A stretch of 34,388 bases of DNA, from NCBI GenBank assembly GCA_020050965.1, contig JAGVJV010000006.1, positions 1 through 34,388 of the forward strand, given 5' to 3'. The notes under the pieces were generated by a model. The model was not told where the DNA came from. It saw only the letters and a program-made list of their open reading frames with translations, and made no database searches. Shown one piece after another: positions 1 to 9,164 of the stretch. Each line of letters opens with the position of its first letter. Position 1 is the first letter of the stretch. The position numbers and the translations under genes were made by a program. Origin of the DNA: Parachlamydiales bacterium. GTDB taxonomy: Bacteria > Chlamydiota > Chlamydiia > Chlamydiales > Rhabdochlamydiaceae.

Positions 1-2
1 GC

Positions 3-296
3 GAACTCAAAGCCCTCCTCCTTCACCCTTTATTTCAACACAGGGTTGAGGAAGGAATCATCGTCATCATCCCTGAATCTCCTGATAAAGAGGCGGACGG
101 CAAGAAGTCGGTTAAGGAGATGATGAAACTCATCCCTCAAATTTATGACCATGCCTATCTGAATCGAATTATCGATGAAGACGGCCGGGACAAGGTCGTA
201 GACGCAGCTAAAAAACAGCTTCATAAAATTTCCCATCAAGCGGAGGAAGAGGAAAATGAGCATTTCGGATCCAATACCAAGTCAAACGATAATTGA
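3..296 (+). CDS. 3' end of an upstream (head-module?) gene, hypothetical
   Basis: Frame 3 is open from the window edge to TGA 294-296 (..KQLHKISHQAEEEENEHFGSNTKSNDN). It is absent from the ORF track because its start lies outside the window. No motif recognised. Confidence 0.35.
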   Translation, partial: ELKALLLHPLFQHRVEEGIIVIIPESPDKEADGKKSVKEMMKLIPQIYDHAYLNRIIDEDGRDKVVDAAKKQLHKISHQAEEEENEHFGSNTKSNDN

Positions 297-669
297 TACG
301 CTGTTTGTCATTGCGCCTCAGTTCTATACGACCGACCCAGTGAAGTTGGCTAACTACAATACCATGATCGGTTTGTTGAGATGCCAAGTCAATGAGCGGG
401 TCTTATCTTGCTGCGGCGTTCTGGCCTACGTTTATCTTTTGGCTCATTGGCTTCAATTGCAAACAAGTCCTCAGACTGGGGTCGCTACTAATCTTAGCGA
501 GGGAGAGCTTTCTATCGGACTGGCTGTCTCTCCGGATTCGTCGATTCTAGACGCTACCCAGTACGGCAGACTGTACAAGGATTTAATCAAGCGGACCGTC
601 ATTGGTTCGACTGTAACAAATTTACCCCCAAACTTTGCGGTGATCAATGCGTGCTGTTGTCAGGGATAA
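256..669 (+). CDS. Head-tail connector protein, DUF4054-like
   Basis: 137 aa. The segment AYVYLLAHWLQL...ATQYGRLYKDLIKR resembles DUF4054-type connector proteins, which usually precede an HK97 gp10-like gene. ATG 256 overlaps the upstream open frame by 41 nt, so the exact start is uncertain. Confidence 0.55.
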   Translation: MSISDPIPSQTIIDTLFVIAPQFYTTDPVKLANYNTMIGLLRCQVNERVLSCCGVLAYVYLLAHWLQLQTSPQTGVATNLSEGELSIGLAVSPDSSILDATQYGRLYKDLIKRTVIGSTVTNLPPNFAVINACCCQG

Positions 670-1129
670 AGATCTAGGCTTCGAGGAAATCCAACGGCAG
701 ATTGCTTTGCTGGATGGTTCCCATGTCAAAGTCGGTTTTCAAGAAGGAACTGTTACTAAGACGCAGGTGAAAGGACAGCGGAAGCAGACCGCCGGCCTTT
801 CAATACCTCAAATAGCAGCAGAGAATGAGTTTGGCACGAAGTCCATCCCGGCCAGACCTTTCATGTCGACCAGTTTTGATGAAAACAAAGCATTGATCAA
901 CAAGGCAATCCAAGGAGAATACAATAAAATTCTAGATGGGCAGAGAACGACGGAGCAATCGCTGGGCCTGATAGGACAGCTGATGACCAAGCTGATCGTG
1001 CAAAAGATCCGCGCCATTGTCTCTCCCCCCAACTCCCCAAGGACCATTGCTATTAAAAAGAGCTCCAAGCCTTTGATCGACTTCGGCCAGATGGTGCAGT
1101 CGGTGCGCTATAAGGTGGTGCTCAAATGA
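647..1129 (+). CDS. HK97 gp10-family head-tail/tail completion protein
   Basis: 160 aa. The core IAAENEFGTKSIPARPFMSTSFDEN matches the EFGT..PARPF motif of the HK97 gp10 family. Position in the neck module fits. Confidence 0.65.
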   Translation: MRAVVRDKDLGFEEIQRQIALLDGSHVKVGFQEGTVTKTQVKGQRKQTAGLSIPQIAAENEFGTKSIPARPFMSTSFDENKALINKAIQGEYNKILDGQRTTEQSLGLIGQLMTKLIVQKIRAIVSPPNSPRTIAIKKSSKPLIDFGQMVQSVRYKVVLK

Positions 1130-1482
1130 CGTCGCCGTTTGAGATCTTCCGCTCCCCAGTAACACTCCGCCGTTTTCAAAGCGGAGGCTATACGAATGGA
1201 CGCTGGAGCGACGGCGCTTACACAGATACTCAAATAACATCCAGCATCCAGCCTATGAAAGGCGAAGAGATGCAGGAGCTGCCGGAAGCAAGAAGAGATT
1301 CAGAAGGCTATAAGCTTTTTACCTCAGCCCTCATTAATACGGTGACGGCTGTAAATCCTGATCTTGTTCTTTTCTTCGGGAAGACTTTTGAAGTGATTCA
1401 GGTCTTTCCATGGCAAAACGCCCCTGCAATGGGGCTGGTAAACCATTACAAATACATAGTTTTGCGACTAGAGGGGCAATAA
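1126..1482 (+). CDS. Neck / head-tail joining protein (stopper-like), hypothetical
   Basis: 118 aa. ATGA overlap with the previous stop. Sits between the gp10-like and terminator-like genes. Assignment is by position and a weak resemblance to head-closure proteins. Confidence 0.45.
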   Translation: MTSPFEIFRSPVTLRRFQSGGYTNGRWSDGAYTDTQITSSIQPMKGEEMQELPEARRDSEGYKLFTSALINTVTAVNPDLVLFFGKTFEVIQVFPWQNAPAMGLVNHYKYIVLRLEGQ

Positions 1483-1682
1483 TGAAGGCAAAAATCATCT
1501 CGGAAACGGACTACTCAATACTGGAATCCAGATTGAATGAGTTTCTAAAGGAAATCAAAGATAATGCATGGCGTCTTTTCGACATCAAATATGACACATT
1601 CTATGTGCTGAATATGGAACTAGAAGGGCATCAACTCCACTCCGTTCTTGTCATATACGGAGATAGGAAGAATGCCGCTTAA
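1482..1682 (+). CDS. Small hypothetical protein (66 aa)
   Basis: ATG 1482 overlaps the previous stop as TAATG. The track ORF 1410..1682 is the same frame with an upstream start inside the preceding gene. Sequence MKAKIISETDYSILESRLNEFLKEIK... has no recognised motif. Confidence 0.4.
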   Translation: MKAKIISETDYSILESRLNEFLKEIKDNAWRLFDIKYDTFYVLNMELEGHQLHSVLVIYGDRKNAA

Positions 1683-2199
1683 CTTTGAGACGATAAAGAC
1701 CAATCTTTATGCCTGGGCTTTGGCTAATTCTCCAGGATGTTCGGTCATTTTCTTGAATGAAAATGCTCCGCGCCCTGCCCAGCCGTATTTGACTTTATTG
1801 CTCAGCCCTTTGAATCAAATAGGCGAAGACTACACACCTGAAGCGGATGCCGGCGGCCTGGTCGATATGGTCGGAGATCGGGAATTCACCCTGCAAATTC
1901 AAACCTATGGCGGCGATTGCATTACCCGCCTTGAAAATTTGAGGAGCAGCCTGCAGAAGCAGACCGTTCTGGATTCCCTAAGAGCCAATGGGATCGTTTT
2001 TGTGAATCACTTCGGCATCAACGACACTACAGAACTGTTGGATTCGCGGTTTGAAAAACGAGCCGCCATGGATGTCCTTTTTAGAATCGGACAAGACTAC
2101 CAAGACAACTTAGGTCTGATTGAGACTGTCGAAGTAGAAGAAATTTATCAAGATGCTAGCGGAAGCGTGGTCTACGATCACACAACCACAATACCCTAG
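1672..2199 (+). CDS. Phage neck/tail terminator-like protein
   Basis: ATG 1672 is preceded by AGGAAG (the track start 1648 is a TTG). [19 protein letters not shown]...[12 protein letters not shown] resembles neck-terminator (DUF3168 / LIC_12616-like) proteins. Lies immediately upstream of the sheath gene. Confidence 0.55.
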   Translation: MPLNFETIKTNLYAWALANSPGCSVIFLNENAPRPAQPYLTLLLSPLNQIGEDYTPEADAGGLVDMVGDREFTLQIQTYGGDCITRLENLRSSLQKQTVLDSLRANGIVFVNHFGINDTTELLDSRFEKRAAMDVLFRIGQDYQDNLGLIETVEVEEIYQDASGSVVYDHTTTIP

Positions 2200-2207
2200 G
2201 AGGGAAT

Positions 2208-4088
2208 ATGCCATTAAGCGACATCGTAAACGTGCAGATCACTAGAGATACTCAAACTGTCTCGGAAGCTGGCTTTGGCCTTCTCATGATTTTGGGAACT
2301 CATAAGCGATTTAACGATCGCATCAGATTTTATAGCAATATTCAAGGCGTGGGCAACGATTTCATTCCCACCGATCTTGAATATATCGCTGCTCAAGAAG
2401 CTTTCAGCCAAAACCTGAGCCCTGAGCAGATAGCCATCGGCCGTAGGACTGTAGACAGCGCTTCCATATTGGTTGAAACAGCCATGTCCCCCTTCAATTA
2501 TACAACCACGATCAATGGGACCGATATCACGGTTCCATCTACCCCGACCGCTCAAAACTCCATAGTGACAATGAGCGGAAATTTCGTAACCGGAAACTCG
2601 ATCGCCATCACGTTGAACGGAACTCCTCTAACTCCTATTCCTTTCAACACGGATCAAATCACGACAATGAATGATATTGCAACAGCCCTGGAAGCCAACG
2701 CTGCCGTCGATTCTGTCAGCATTACAGGATCGAACCTCATCATCAACGTCTTTGGGCTGCCTAACGTTTCAGCAATCGTCAACTCTTTAGTCGTAACAGG
2801 GGGCGCAAGCCAGCCGACTGCTGCAATTACAACGCCTACTCAATCTGTTTCTCCAGAGTCAATCGCTCAATCCTTGGTAGTTGCAATCAATGCAGCAGCC
2901 TTAGGAGTCACGGCAACGGACAACCTTGACGGCACGTTCTCCCAGGCCGCCGACGTGCCAGGCGTTCCTTATACCTTGGCTGTAAGCTCAACAATCGTCA
3001 ATCCGGATGAAGCCCGGGTCACCGTCACTCAAGTCGAGCCAAACACGGACTATACGGTAACGATCAACGGCGTGGCATTTACCTACACCACTTTGAATGA
3101 AGTGCAAACCAATGAAGATATCGCTGCAGCATTGACTCAGATCATTTCCACTCAAACAGCTGTTCCTGTGAGCGCTACAGATAATCTCGACGGCAGCTTT
3201 GAAATTACAGCCAATGTCTCTGGGACAGGATTTGTCCTAAGCGTGTCGGACGGAATCTTGAGCAAGCAATTCGGACTGATCATCAATTCTTATACTCCAT
3301 CCGATACAGTCGTGAACGACTTGAATGCCGTTCAATTAGTCGATGACAGCTGGTATGCATTCGCTCTTACTGACAGGACGGCAGCTACTGTTTTTTCAGC
3401 AGCTGGATGGGCTGAAGGACAGGTCAAACTTTTTGGGACGGCTTCTTCCGATCCAAATATCATCAATTTGGCTGCCGGGGTGGATTTATCCTCTATTGCT
3501 GCTAAATGCAATCAATCCGGCTATGTGAGAACTTTTGTTCTTTATCACCAAGATGCAGCCAATGACTTTCCTGAATGCGCTTGGTTCGGAGGAGTCCTTC
3601 CTCTCGATCCCGGATCTGAAACATGGAAGTTCAAGCGCTTGAATTCGATTTCATATTCCAATCTTACGAGCACCCAATCTCAGAATGCTAGAAACAAAAA
3701 AGCCAATACCTACGAATTCATCGGCGGAGTTGGAATTACGAGGGAAGGGACTGTTGCTCAAGGGGAATTTATCGACATCGTCCGCGGCGTGGACTGGCTG
3801 ACCTCCAGAATTCAAGAATTCGTCTACTCAGTGCTTGTAAATAGCAATAAGGTCCCCTACACGGATGCAGGGATCACAGCCATTGAATCCGAAGTCAAGC
3901 GAGCCCTTCAGCTGGGGATCAGCAATAATTTCATCGCTAATGATCCAGCCCCGACTGTGACGGTTCCAAAGGCTGCGAATGTGCCCCCGACGGATAAAAC
4001 TCAGCGGATTTTGAAAAATGTCAGATTTCAAGCGACGCTGGCAGGAGCCATACACGCGATTAATATTACAGGAACCGTCACCGTTTAA
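2208..4088 (+). CDS. Tail sheath protein, DUF3383-like, with a repeat-domain insertion
   Basis: 626 aa with a GGAGGG RBS. The N-terminus [30 protein letters not shown] and the C-terminal third are typical of DUF3383 sheath-like proteins. It is directly followed by a DUF3277-like tube gene. Confidence 0.75.
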   Translation: MPLSDIVNVQITRDTQTVSEAGFGLLMILGTHKRFNDRIRFYSNIQGVGNDFIPTDLEYIAAQEAFSQNLSPEQIAIGRRTVDSASILVETAMSPFNYTTTINGTDITVPSTPTAQNSIVTMSGNFVTGNSIAITLNGTPLTPIPFNTDQITTMNDIATALEANAAVDSVSITGSNLIINVFGLPNVSAIVNSLVVTGGASQPTAAITTPTQSVSPESIAQSLVVAINAAALGVTATDNLDGTFSQAADVPGVPYTLAVSSTIVNPDEARVTVTQVEPNTDYTVTINGVAFTYTTLNEVQTNEDIAAALTQIISTQTAVPVSATDNLDGSFEITANVSGTGFVLSVSDGILSKQFGLIINSYTPSDTVVNDLNAVQLVDDSWYAFALTDRTAATVFSAAGWAEGQVKLFGTASSDPNIINLAAGVDLSSIAAKCNQSGYVRTFVLYHQDAANDFPECAWFGGVLPLDPGSETWKFKRLNSISYSNLTSTQSQNARNKKANTYEFIGGVGITREGTVAQGEFIDIVRGVDWLTSRIQEFVYSVLVNSNKVPYTDAGITAIESEVKRALQLGISNNFIANDPAPTVTVPKAANVPPTDKTQRILKNVRFQATLAGAIHAINITGTVTV

Positions 4089-4105
4089 AGAGCAGGAGAT
4101 AATTT

Positions 4106-4540
4106 ATGGCAGTAAGAACTTACGACCCTAAGCAGGTCATCATCACGGTAGGCGGGGTTCCAATGAGCGGTTTTGCCGACGGCTCCTTCCTCACTATCGA
4201 TAGAGACGATAATCAATGGACGAAAGTCACCGGGGCGGACGGCACCAGTACGCGGATTAAGAGCAACAATCGCTCAGGGAACATGACCATTACCCTCAAA
4301 CAGTCGAGCCCGAGCAATGATGTGCTCTCCGGCTTTGCCAATGTCGACGAGCTTACTAATGCAGGAGTGGTTCCCATCTTAGTCAAAGACCTTAGCGGCA
4401 ATTCTATCTTTTTTAGTGCAACCGGGTGGGTTAAGAAATACCCCTCCTCGGAATTCGGGAAGGACCTCGCAAACCGCGAATGGGTGCTTGACCTAGTCGA
4501 TCTTGACGTCTTCGTCGGAAGCAATGGAGTAAATGTATGA
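4106..4540 (+). CDS. Tail tube protein, DUF3277-like
   Basis: 144 aa. YDPKQVIITVGGVPMSGFADGSFLTIDRDDNQWTKVTGADGTSTRIKSNNRSGNMTITLKQSSPSNDVLS matches the DUF3277 phage structural protein pattern. AGGAGA RBS present. Confidence 0.75.
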   Translation: MAVRTYDPKQVIITVGGVPMSGFADGSFLTIDRDDNQWTKVTGADGTSTRIKSNNRSGNMTITLKQSSPSNDVLSGFANVDELTNAGVVPILVKDLSGNSIFFSATGWVKKYPSSEFGKDLANREWVLDLVDLDVFVGSNGVNV

Positions 4541-5013
4541 TTCAAACCAAAGAAAAGCAAATTCATGGAGCTGTCTATTCTGTTACGCAGCTTCCAGCAA
4601 GACGGGCGCTCCGTCTGAAAGCAAAATTACTGCGCTTATTCGGCCCTGCTCTCGCCCATCTGTTCCTTCCTGGAGTAAGTAGCGAAAGCATGTCAGGGCT
4701 TCCCTTTTCAAAGACAGAAGCCGTGCGCGCCGTAGAGTCTTTAATGGCTCAGCTCGATGATAAAACATTTGAGAGCTTGGTGCTTGAGCTATGCCAAGGG
4801 GTCCGAAAAGACGGAATGGAGCTCACAGATTCTGTCATCGATGTGGAATTCGCTGGAGACCTAGGAACTCTCATGCAGGTCCTATGGTTTGTTATCGACT
4901 GCAACTTTGGTTCTTTTTTTGGGGAGAGCGGTATTGGACGCCTATTCGAGGCCACAGCTCCGATGCCGCAGAATCGTCAGCCAGACACGAGAAAAACCTC
5001 CATCCGGACATAA
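4537..5013 (+). CDS. Tail assembly chaperone (G-like, zero-frame product)
   Basis: 158 aa. ATGA overlap with the tube gene stop. Located between the tube and tape measure genes. Helical, acidic sequence typical of tail assembly chaperones. Confidence 0.65.
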   Translation: MIQTKEKQIHGAVYSVTQLPARRALRLKAKLLRLFGPALAHLFLPGVSSESMSGLPFSKTEAVRAVESLMAQLDDKTFESLVLELCQGVRKDGMELTDSVIDVEFAGDLGTLMQVLWFVIDCNFGSFFGESGIGRLFEATAPMPQNRQPDTRKTSIRT

Positions 5014-5171
5014 AGAGCGAGTTTCTTTTCTGGCGCATAATATTGGAAGGAATCGCTTCTTTAGAGGAGATCGAGCGCGCATGGAGTTTAGATGATCTGA
5101 TGAGAGCGAATGCTCTGCTGGATATGAGGCTCGATCTATTGGAAGAATCTAAAAGGAAAGGGTCGAAATGA
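4920..5171 (+). CDS. -1 frame extension of the tail assembly chaperone (GT-like fusion product 4537..5171)
   Basis: The -1 frame is open through the 3' end of 4537..5013 and continues to TGA 5169-5171, which overlaps the tape measure ATG 5168 as ATGA. There is no plausible independent start near the real-looking C-terminal part (KSEFLFWRIILEGIASLEEIERAWSLDDLMRANALLDMRLDLLEE). The run T7 G4 at 4914-4924 is a slippery candidate. Confidence 0.45.
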   Translation, partial: WGERYWTPIRGHSSDAAESSARHEKNLHPDIKSEFLFWRIILEGIASLEEIERAWSLDDLMRANALLDMRLDLLEESKRKGSK

Positions 5172-6238
5172 CAGTAGTCAGAGAGCTCACAACCGTTCTC
5201 GGGTTCACAGTCGATAAGAGAGGCGTTGAAGACTTCAACCGCACAATTATCGGCTTTAAAACCAAATTTGCCATTGCTGCGACGGCTGCTGCTGCCTTTG
5301 TGTCCAAGACTTTGGATTTCTTCAAAGACATTTCCGACGCCACTCTTGACGCCAATGACTTAGCAAGAAGCATCGGCATTTCTTTCCAGGAATTCCTCAA
5401 GCTAAGAAGAACGGCTGAAGATTTTAGGATCGATCCTAAAAACTTCGAGTCCGCCCTAAAAAGCCTGAGCAAAATGCTTCGCGATGCCAAATATGGCATG
5501 GGAGATTTAGCAAACATTGCCTACTACACGGGCATTGAATTCCGCGACAAATTCACTGGAGAAGTCAAGAATGCCCGCGATCTTTTCGTCGACATTCTTA
5601 AAAGAATCAATGAAGCGCGCACAGAAACCGAAAAATTCTCCATAGCGAAGTTCTTCTTTGGAGAAGAAGATGCTCAAAAATTCATCAAGTTCGCCCAAGA
5701 AGCAGGCGACAATCTCGATGTTTTAACGGGCAAATACGCAGACTATGCCAAATCGCTTGAAGATTCGCTTCCGGCTTTTGAAGACGTCAATAAATCCATC
5801 CGTTCTTTTTGGAATACTTTCGAGTCCTTCAAGATAGCCTTTGTCGAGGATATTCTTCCGGCAATTACAGCCGGAGTGAAAGTCCTTGAGGTTGTCATGA
5901 AAGGCATTGGCTACGTAGCTCGAGGAATCAAGGGAGCCTTCAACCTGATCGGAGAAGGGATTCAGCGCGAAATCATGTCCGATTTAGCGGAAATCCCCGA
6001 TTTTGAAGTGGAGGCCACTCAGAAAATCAATCGGATCATGGAGAACCAAGCGGCTAAAAACGCCCCTGCAGTCATAGAGCAGAATTTCAATATCGATACA
6101 AAGATAGAGATGCAAGTTCCTCCAGGCACGACTGAACAGCAGCAAGTTATCCTGCGCGAAACCGTCGACGAAGTGATTAAAAGCGCTTTAATCGATCAGG
6201 TACGGGAAATCTATAACAACAACCCGCAGGTGGAATAA
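5168..6238 (+). CDS. Tape measure protein
   Basis: 356 aa. Immediately follows the chaperone pair. Ala-rich hydrophobic segment FAIAATAAAAFV, otherwise long charged helical sequence. Assigned mainly by position. Confidence 0.65.
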   Translation: MTVVRELTTVLGFTVDKRGVEDFNRTIIGFKTKFAIAATAAAAFVSKTLDFFKDISDATLDANDLARSIGISFQEFLKLRRTAEDFRIDPKNFESALKSLSKMLRDAKYGMGDLANIAYYTGIEFRDKFTGEVKNARDLFVDILKRINEARTETEKFSIAKFFFGEEDAQKFIKFAQEAGDNLDVLTGKYADYAKSLEDSLPAFEDVNKSIRSFWNTFESFKIAFVEDILPAITAGVKVLEVVMKGIGYVARGIKGAFNLIGEGIQREIMSDLAEIPDFEVEATQKINRIMENQAAKNAPAVIEQNFNIDTKIEMQVPPGTTEQQQVILRETVDEVIKSALIDQVREIYNNNPQVE

Positions 6239-6882
6239 TGGTTTTATCTCTTCTATTCGGGAAAAAATATCCAAGCCCTAAAATCGGATCGATCGATTTA
6301 GATGTAACCATCCGCGAAGAACATCGCTTTGCATCCCGTGTGACAAATTATCCGGTGGAAGACGGGACCATCGTTTCTGACCACATTATCAATGAACCGG
6401 ACATAGTAGTCCTTGTCGGACTGGTTACCGATACCCCTCTTTCAATTTTTGCTCCGTTCAACAGATCGATTGATGCCTTCAACCGCCTTATCCAGCTCCA
6501 TCAAAATAGAGATGTAGTGACGGTTGTAACCGGGCTGAAGGTTTATAAAAATATGGCCATTACGACTCTTGATGTTCCGAGAGATATAAGAACTGGACAA
6601 TCTCTTACCTTCACTATTGAACTGCAAAGAATTGTATTCGACACTTCTGTCAGGCTGCTGCTTGACCAGGGGAATATTTTTGGAGGCATCCAGACTAAAA
6701 TACCAAGGAATACTGTGGCTTCCAATGCCAACTATCCGATCATTCAAAACGACCCGGCAGATAGCTTGAAGGACCAAGCATCAAGCGGCATTAATGTAGG
6801 CGTTCAATCGTTAGCTCCCATTCCCGGCAACATTCTGCCGGCCGTCCTGTCTGTAAAAAGTCAAATTCTGGGGGTCGTATAA
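6238..6882 (+). CDS. Baseplate/tail-tip protein, Dit-like N-terminal domain
   Basis: 214 aa with TAATG overlap. ASRVTNYPVEDGTIVSDHIINEPDIVVLVGLVTD resembles the (H)P(V)E.G..(I)sDh motif of Dit-like phage tail proteins. Confidence 0.5.
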   Translation: MVLSLLFGKKYPSPKIGSIDLDVTIREEHRFASRVTNYPVEDGTIVSDHIINEPDIVVLVGLVTDTPLSIFAPFNRSIDAFNRLIQLHQNRDVVTVVTGLKVYKNMAITTLDVPRDIRTGQSLTFTIELQRIVFDTSVRLLLDQGNIFGGIQTKIPRNTVASNANYPIIQNDPADSLKDQASSGINVGVQSLAPIPGNILPAVLSVKSQILGVV

Positions 6883-7202
6883 TGCAAATCATACCATTTA
6901 AAGAACCTTCGCAATGGCAGGAGCAGATCGAACTTGGCAGTCAAACTTTTATCCTTTCTTTTAGCTGGAATGCGATGAATGAGTACTGGGCCATGGATAT
7001 TTTAACTCGAGATTTAGTGCCTATCATTCTCGGAATCAAGGTAGTCGCCAATTACGATTTGACAGCTCAATATGCGGCTAACGGCAAGCCGAGCGGAGAT
7101 ATCGTCTGCGAAAATATCATAGGAGGCCAAGGGAAAATTCAACGCTACGACATGGGAGAAGTAACTGAATTAATTTATTACGCATTAGGGGAGTTTGTTT
7201 AA
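6882..7202 (+). CDS. Baseplate plug-like protein
   Basis: 106 aa with TAATG overlap. QTFILSFSWNAMNEYWAMDILTRDLVPIILGIKVVANYDL resembles small baseplate plug proteins of simple myovirus baseplates (Pam3 gp18-type). Confidence 0.45.
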   Translation: MQIIPFKEPSQWQEQIELGSQTFILSFSWNAMNEYWAMDILTRDLVPIILGIKVVANYDLTAQYAANGKPSGDIVCENIIGGQGKIQRYDMGEVTELIYYALGEFV

Positions 7203-8066
7203 ATGACCCGATTCAATCGAATTGCAAGCGTTGAAATTGATTTAAGAAATTCTACTTTCAATGGATATATCGGAAGCATAAAACTTTCAAACTTGCGCAT
7301 AGCCTTCTCTATGCAAAAAAACTTAGCGTGGTCGGCCAATACGGCCTCGGTAAAAATATGGAATTTAAGCCAAGAAAATAGAAATAGGATCAAAGATTAT
7401 GGAGACCAAGTCATTGTATCAGCCGGATACAGCCAGGATGCTGGAGAGCAATTGCTTTTCATTGGGAATACCACCCAGGTCAGCCATGCCTATGAACAAC
7501 CTGAAATCATCACCACTTTGGACTGCGGAGACGGAGAGCGGATTCTTAATCAAAAGAATATCGCCGTTAGCTTCAAGGAAAAGGTCGCAGTGCGCCAGGT
7601 TATCGAGACAATCGCGCAGCAAATGGGCCTTACTATTTCTGAGTTTTCTCCTACTGATAATATTGTTTATGAGCAGGGCTTTGAATTTATAGGAATGGGA
7701 AAAAATGCGATCGACAAAACGGTATCAAGGCTCGGATTGAAATGGAGCGTCCAAAATGGAAAGCTGCAAATCATTCCTCAATTCGGCACAACCTCCAAAC
7801 CGGCCGTAGAAATCAACGCCGATACCGGCATGATCGGCATTCCTCAAAGGTTTACAGATAAAAGAGCCAGCCTCTATTTGGACGGCCCTAAAACAGGCTA
7901 TATCGTCACAACAACATTACGCCCGGACATCCTTCCAGGAGACCTAATCAACGTAAAATCCCAAAGAATAGGACTCGACGGCCCCTACTCCGTCTTTTCA
8001 ATCAAGCATGAGGGAGATACTTTCGGTCCTAATTGGCGTTCAATTATGGAGATCATCTTAATATGA
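7203..8066 (+). CDS. Baseplate hub protein
   Basis: 287 aa. LRIAFSMQKNLAWSANTASVKIWNLSQENRNRIKDYGDQVIVSAGYSQDAGEQLLFIGN fits the hub-protein pattern (..N.a.v.IwNLs...r..i...g..v.v.aGY). Lies upstream of the spike gene. Confidence 0.55.
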   Translation: MTRFNRIASVEIDLRNSTFNGYIGSIKLSNLRIAFSMQKNLAWSANTASVKIWNLSQENRNRIKDYGDQVIVSAGYSQDAGEQLLFIGNTTQVSHAYEQPEIITTLDCGDGERILNQKNIAVSFKEKVAVRQVIETIAQQMGLTISEFSPTDNIVYEQGFEFIGMGKNAIDKTVSRLGLKWSVQNGKLQIIPQFGTTSKPAVEINADTGMIGIPQRFTDKRASLYLDGPKTGYIVTTTLRPDILPGDLINVKSQRIGLDGPYSVFSIKHEGDTFGPNWRSIMEIILI

Positions 8067-8713
8067 CCACAATGACTGACGCAATGAGGCAGGCTATCCA
8101 ATTTCAATTGTATGACGTCCACACGGCATTGCCGGGCCAAGTAATATCTTATGACTATTCGACTCAAAAGGCTTCAATACAGCCCTGTTTAAAGAAGAGT
8201 TATTTGGACGGCACTACTCAAGAAATGCCCATTCTAAATAATGTTCCTGTAATTTTCCCAAAAGCGGGCGGAGCCAGCCTGACTTTCCCTGTTATGCCGG
8301 ACGACAACTGCTTGCTTTTGTTTATTGAAAGAAGCACGGATCTTTGGAAATCGGTAGGAGGCATAGTCGCCCCTAACGATCCCAGAAAATTCGACCTTTC
8401 TGATGCCGTTGCAATCATGGGTTTAATGCCATTCTCAGAAAATTCTTTATCCGAAAACAACGAAGACGTGCTTTTAACGTATAAAAACTCTAGTATAAGA
8501 ATTAAAGCTAGTGGGGATATTCAAATCCAAACAGCTTCAAAAGTGGCGATAGGAAATGCTTCAGCAGAAGTGCTCGATATCGTCAGCAGCATACTCGGAA
8601 TATTGGCAACTTCTGTGACAACAGCTCCAGGAAGTCCAATTTTCCAAGGAGTAGGACCCACATACGCAACTTTAAAATTCGCTATAGACTCTATTAAGGG
8701 ATCAATTCCTTAA
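8063..8713 (+). CDS. Central spike protein, Gp138 N-terminal-domain-like
   Basis: ATG 8063 overlaps the hub stop as ATGA (the track start 8033 lies inside the hub gene). LYDVHTALPGQVISYDYSTQKASIQPCLKK...PVIFPKAGGASLTFPVMPDDNCLLLFIERS matches the phi92 gp138-type spike N-domain pattern. Confidence 0.6.
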   Translation: MTTMTDAMRQAIQFQLYDVHTALPGQVISYDYSTQKASIQPCLKKSYLDGTTQEMPILNNVPVIFPKAGGASLTFPVMPDDNCLLLFIERSTDLWKSVGGIVAPNDPRKFDLSDAVAIMGLMPFSENSLSENNEDVLLTYKNSSIRIKASGDIQIQTASKVAIGNASAEVLDIVSSILGILATSVTTAPGSPIFQGVGPTYATLKFAIDSIKGSIP

Positions 8714-8801
8714 TAGCTTCAAGGCATATCCAATAGTCTCAATTAACTCAAATACCCAGCCATAAATGCGTTAGGAAACGTTTTTGAGTTAACGAGGCTT
8801 C

Positions 8802-9164
8802 ATGAAAGATATCGCGCTGGATCCGACAACCGGCGACTTGCTCTTAGAAAATTTTGACCTTCAACTAGTGGAAGGCCGCGATCAAATCGCTCAAAACTTA
8901 GCGATCAGGCTTCGCTTTATCCTAGGAGAATGGTTTTTAGACACCACAGCCGGCGTTCCCTATTACGACGATTTCTTTATCAAAGCTCCCAACCAAATCC
9001 GCATTGAAAGCGTTCTTAAAGAAGAAATTCTTGATACTCCTGGAGTTAACCAAATTCTCAGCTTTGCGAGCAATTTCGATGCTCAGCGCCGTGCCTATTC
9101 CGTTGTTTTCTCCGTAATCACTACTCAAGGCGAGATCACTCTAACAGAGGAGCTCGTAGCATGA
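8802..9164 (+). CDS. Baseplate wedge protein, gp25/W-like (DUF2634-like)
   Basis: 120 aa. DPTTGDLLL...LVEGRDQIAQNLAIRLRFILGEWFLDTTAGVPY is the classic motif of this family. Directly precedes and overlaps the J-like gene. Confidence 0.65.
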   Translation: MKDIALDPTTGDLLLENFDLQLVEGRDQIAQNLAIRLRFILGEWFLDTTAGVPYYDDFFIKAPNQIRIESVLKEEILDTPGVNQILSFASNFDAQRRAYSVVFSVITTQGEITLTEELVA

